Positions 60,433-64,000 of a stretch of DNA of 64,000 nucleotides are shown in pieces (position 1 is the stretch's first letter; each line of letters begins with the position of its first letter). This stretch comes from Bilabrum cf. latius (lineage: Eukaryota). The notes beneath the pieces are model-generated. The model was given only the letters and a program-made list of their open reading frames with translations, ran no database searches and was not told where the DNA came from. The translations under genes were made by a program, and so were the position numbers. The stretch lies in contig OZ237759.1 in assembly GCA_965178125.1 (NCBI GenBank), positions 558,001 to 622,000 of the forward strand, given 5' to 3'.

Positions 60433-61773
60433 GTGAAAGTACCTGCTCTCGCCTTTCTGGCGGCATGCACGCGTAATTCTTCCACCGAACGGCGCGAGTT
60501 CAATGATTACAAGATTCGCCGCTTTCAATCGGAAGCACACGCGCTAAATGTCACATCAATCAATCCGCTAAGGTGTCCCGACAGGTTCGGGTAGGGCAAA
60601 GGCGTGGGACAGGGCAGTGTGCAGGAAAATCTAACCCACGGCGGTCACGACGCGAATTCAGAAATTTCTGGAAAAGTATCCATTCCAAGTTTTGACGTAA
60701 TGAAGCGCTCAAGTGGTTGAATCTAATTCAGTCCGCCGCATCGATGCGCGATGCTGAGCTCTTGTCGCGACGGCGAGGCCGACCATCGGCGGGCAATGGG
60801 CATCGACGATCAGCGCCCCATCGGATAGTGATGATATTTAATGCCGATTATTGGTGGAAATTATCGCCCCGACGATGAGCTACGATCGATCGGTCGCCAG
60901 TCGCCAGTCGCCCCGCGCTCAGCACAAACTTTTCGGTACGAGCAGTAGGATACCTATCTGGCGAGCAGAGCTACGCGAGCACGCCACTTGTGTTTCAATA
61001 TCTTCGAACATGGCCTCCCATCAATCATCCTGGGATTTGCCCAAATATGTGAAGACCGGCTCGAACCTGGATTCCGGGTATCCCTCAGGCGGCGGTTGGT
61101 GGTATAATCCCTTGTCGCCGTCCGTCTCCCAGATGCCTGAGAGCGTAGCCTGCTGATGCAGGCGCACGGCGCCGTACTATACCGTCACCACCCTGGCCGT
61201 GGGCCACATGTAGGACGTGTCGATGCTCCACAGGTACGCCCCGCTGACCATGTCCACGAGAGCAACATCTCCCACGCGCTCCTCCCCCGTGATGACGAGC
61301 GCGCACTTCTAGGCCTTGCCCGGGGTGTCCGTCTTCCAGTTGATGTATCCTTCCCAGGTCGTCTCCACCAGGTTGCAATCGTCCTGTACCGTCCGAGAGG
61401 CATTTATATGGCTCCTCGACCGGAGCTACTGCCCCATGGCCAGCACCTCATCGTCCCACAGCTAGAACCCCTGGGCGGCAGGTCGCTTAGCAAGCGCCTG
61501 GGAGTCGCAGCGACTAGGAGCCGCCCCTTCGATGGCAGCCTGCAGCGCCGGCGTCTTGCGACCATTGCCGAAGGTTCCGTCGTCGTCAGGACTGTCCAGG
61601 TCCGCCGACCCCGCATGCCACGCGATAGCACCTCCCTGCTGGAACAGGACGGCATTCCCGTCCCCCTGCAGACGAAGGGTATCTGCAACCGGGTCCATCA
61701 GCGAGGCAGGCACTCGCCAGATGTACTGCCCGGAGGCGCTGTCCACGATGGCCAGGTCGCCCTTGGTGTCGCA
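60433..61773. repeat. Diverged direct duplication, copy B (partner 54661-55986)
   Basis: See copy A; begins 22 nt after the lectin stop. Confidence 0.92.
61021..61773 (-). pseudogene. 5'-truncated, frameshifted bulb-lectin paralogue, tail-to-tail with the intact gene
   Basis: Keeps the C-terminus PPPEGYPE...YLGKSQDD-TGA, homologous to PPPEGYPE...YWGESQDG-TGA; net 7-nt deletion near 61260-61290. Confidence 0.75.
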
Positions 61774-61866
61774 GCCGACCAAAAAGGCAACATCAAGCTC
61801 CTCTGTATCTGTGGCGATGCACCATAGGCGTACCCAGACCATCCAGAAAGAGAGCTGCGGGTACGT

Positions 61867-62730
61867 ATGGAGCAGGCGGCCAGCCTCAAGAAGAAGCTCG
61901 AGGCTTCTGGCCGGTCTGTCCAGCTCCAGTGCGTTCGTTTCTCACCGACTGGATTCGAAGTTCCAAGCGGGTTTCAAGCCAGCGGCTCGGATGTACTGCT
62001 CGTGGTTCTCCTCTGTCACGGGATCGAGGGCGACGGTCTGCCCGCGGTCGCTTCAGAGTTCATCCGTGGAGACGCTGCGTACGTGATCGCCAAGTGTCTA
62101 TGCGGGCTAAAATCTATCGAGAAAGCGGGAAAGAAGCTACTGCTAGCAGCACAGTGCTATGGAGGACTGGCATTTCGCAGCGAGATGACCAAGCATCTGC
62201 CCAAGGACTGGCTCGTGCATGCGGGCAGCGGGGGCAAAACTGAAGCGGATCCCGACCCTGATGGCAAGTGGCACCAGTTGTTCGCCGAGGAGTGCGTCGA
62301 CGATCTCGATGACCTCGATGCCGGGGACAAGTGGCAGCACGGTGAGGACGACGCGGGTGCAGCCGCTGCACCAGTGGCAGCAGCAGCCGCAGGCGGCTCT
62401 GGTGGAGGCGGAGGCGACGGCGGTGGTGGAGGCGACGGTGATGGTGACGGTGATGGCGATGGCGACGGTGACGGTGATGGCGATGGTGATGGCGACGGCG
62501 ACGGCGGAGGCGGAGGCGACGGCGACGGAAAAGGTGCTCCTGATGTACCAGTGGTAGAAATCAGTCGCGCAATGCCGATCGGCCCGCAGGTCGCAGGACA
62601 CGTGCTTCCTGAGCAGGAACAACACGTGGGCGGTTTGATACAGACGGCTATCGAAAATAACATGGCGCCAGAGATATCCTACCCTGCTGCTGGTGCAGCT
62701 ACACAAGTCATCTTCAGGCTTGTGCCATGA
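61867..62730 (+). CDS. Hypothetical protein with caspase-hemoglobinase-like His/Cys motifs and a (Gly-Asp)n tract; start uncertain
   Basis: VLLVVLLCHG and KKLLLAAQCYGG, 46 residues apart; frame open upstream through TAG 61825; ends TGA. Confidence 0.55.
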   Translation: MEQAASLKKKLEASGRSVQLQCVRFSPTGFEVPSGFQASGSDVLLVVLLCHGIEGDGLPAVASEFIRGDAAYVIAKCLCGLKSIEKAGKKLLLAAQCYGGLAFRSEMTKHLPKDWLVHAGSGGKTEADPDPDGKWHQLFAEECVDDLDDLDAGDKWQHGEDDAGAAAAPVAAAAAGGSGGGGGDGGGGGDGDGDGDGDGDGDGDGDGDGDGDGGGGGDGDGKGAPDVPVVEISRAMPIGPQVAGHVLPEQEQHVGGLIQTAIENNMAPEISYPAAGAATQVIFRLVP

Positions 62731-63039
62731 AAGGCGACCAACCGCACTCTGCTGGGGCGGTGTCTACCTGCCTGGTCGCTCGTTGGCCTGATTGGCTTCG
62801 CTTTGGCTGTTGACAGCCTACGCACGCTCATGCGTGCAAAATGATCGTACTACACTGCAAAACATATTTTGTGCTGCACGGGATTCTATTCTGTCATGGC
62901 AAGCACACACGGTCCTCGCATATACCCACCACACCAAAGGCTTCCCGCAACCACCCCCAGCAACAGCGCCAGCACCACTAGAGGCAATGAGCGCACGGAA
63001 GCACCGCAGCCAAGAGCAGCCAGTTTGCAATATCCATGC

Positions 63040-64000
63040 TCACTCCTCCTTCTTGAGCTGAGCGCGGCCACGGATCCGACCAGTGCGGCGGGCACCGATG
63101 AGACCGGCCTTCTGTCCGGCGGGGGCGTCCTTCTTGGCCGTGGTGGCGTGACCAACGTGCTGATGGTTACCACCACCGAAGGGATGCTCCACGGGGTTCA
63201 TGGCCACACCACGTACCTTGGGCCACTCGTTGCGCTTCACGCGGTACTTGTGGTACGCGCGCCCTGCCTTGAGCATGGGCTTGTCCATGCGGCCGCCGCC
63301 GCCGACGATGCCGACCATGGCGCGGCACGTGGACAGGAGGGTCTTCTTGAGGCCCGAGGGGAGACGGATCTTGGTCTTGCCGGTCTCCTCGTTGTGCTGC
63401 ACAACGGTGGCGTAGTCGCCGGAGCAGCGAGCGAGCTTTCCGCGGTCACCGGTCCTGGACTCGATGTTGCAGATGATGGTACCCTCGGGCATGGAAGCCA
63501 GGGGAAGCACGTTTCCTACCGAAAGAGTGGCTGCGGTTACAAAGTAGCAACAAATTGAAGTATATGGTGGTTGGTGAGCAACAAAGTCAGCGATGGTGAG
63601 GAGACGTGGCAGCGGAAGGTGCAGCACTGCAGGCAGCCGTTGCTCTAGAGTTTCCAGCAGCAAGCGCTCCACTGGGAACGCTACCGCAGTAGAATTGTAG
63701 ACAGTAATCTACGATATGTTCTCACCCTTCTTGCCGAAGTAGACATACTGGCCGGCGTACATACCCTCAGCGGCAACCATCAACTCCTTGTCCTTCTTGG
63801 CGTGGTAAGGGCTACGGAAGACGATGCGCGCCATGGGTGCGCCGCGCCCAGGGTCGTGGATGATGTCCTTGACAACACCTCGCACGTACCCGGATCCCTC
63901 GGAATAGTCGAGCTTCCTGAGCTTGGAGGCACCCTTATGCAAGCGCACATGGGCCCTGAACACGGACCCTCGGCCCTTACGCTGGGTTCTGATCTGCTTT
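63040..64000 (-). CDS. RPL8: 60S ribosomal protein L8 (uL2), first codons beyond the window; intron 63531-63725
   Basis: [54 protein letters not shown]; intron GTGAGA...CGCAG; ends TGA. Confidence 0.97.

Noticed and set aside
63531-63725. Intronic snoRNA in RPL8
   Set aside because: No convincing C/D or H/ACA box arrangement.
1-64000. Mass pseudogenisation or sequencing error as the cause of broken ORFs
   Set aside because: Interruptions are only TAG, with no frameshifts, TAA or TGA, and they hit essential genes.
1-64000. Pyrrolysine or programmed read-through at TAG
   Set aside because: TAG is frequent, sometimes tandem, sits in Gln contexts, and no pyl genes or shared downstream element are visible.
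1-64000. Prokaryotic or phage origin; CRISPR array
   Set aside because: Spliceosomal introns and eukaryote-specific genes are present; the 12-mer copies are irregularly spaced inside genes and form no repeat-spacer array.

Overview
Gene-dense, GC-rich eukaryotic (protist) nuclear DNA with short GT-AG introns, about 21 protein genes, one tRNA-Asp and a rearranged lectin duplication near the right end. The main result is a non-standard nuclear genetic code. TAG occurs repeatedly in frame inside conserved domains (MAPEG, Patched/NPC1 SSD, SET, kinesin motor, prefoldin 3, PEN-2, EF-hand) and at positions that are Gln in homologues or inside poly-Gln runs. Every gene end I could resolve uses TGA (16) or TAA (4). 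TAG is therefore sense (most likely Gln) while TAA is still a stop, a rare uncoupling, and the supplied ORF track is fragmented as a result. Other signals: a 12-mer (CACTCGTCACAC) present at least 10 times on both strands and in different reading frames; an array of five GCCCGAGCC-type hairpins upstream of a bulb-lectin gene; a head-to-head pair of bacterial-type polysaccharide-degrading genes; and a candidate caspase-fold peptidase joined to antisense lectin sequence. Family calls come from motifs recognised by eye; no searches were run. Gene models below read TAG as Gln.
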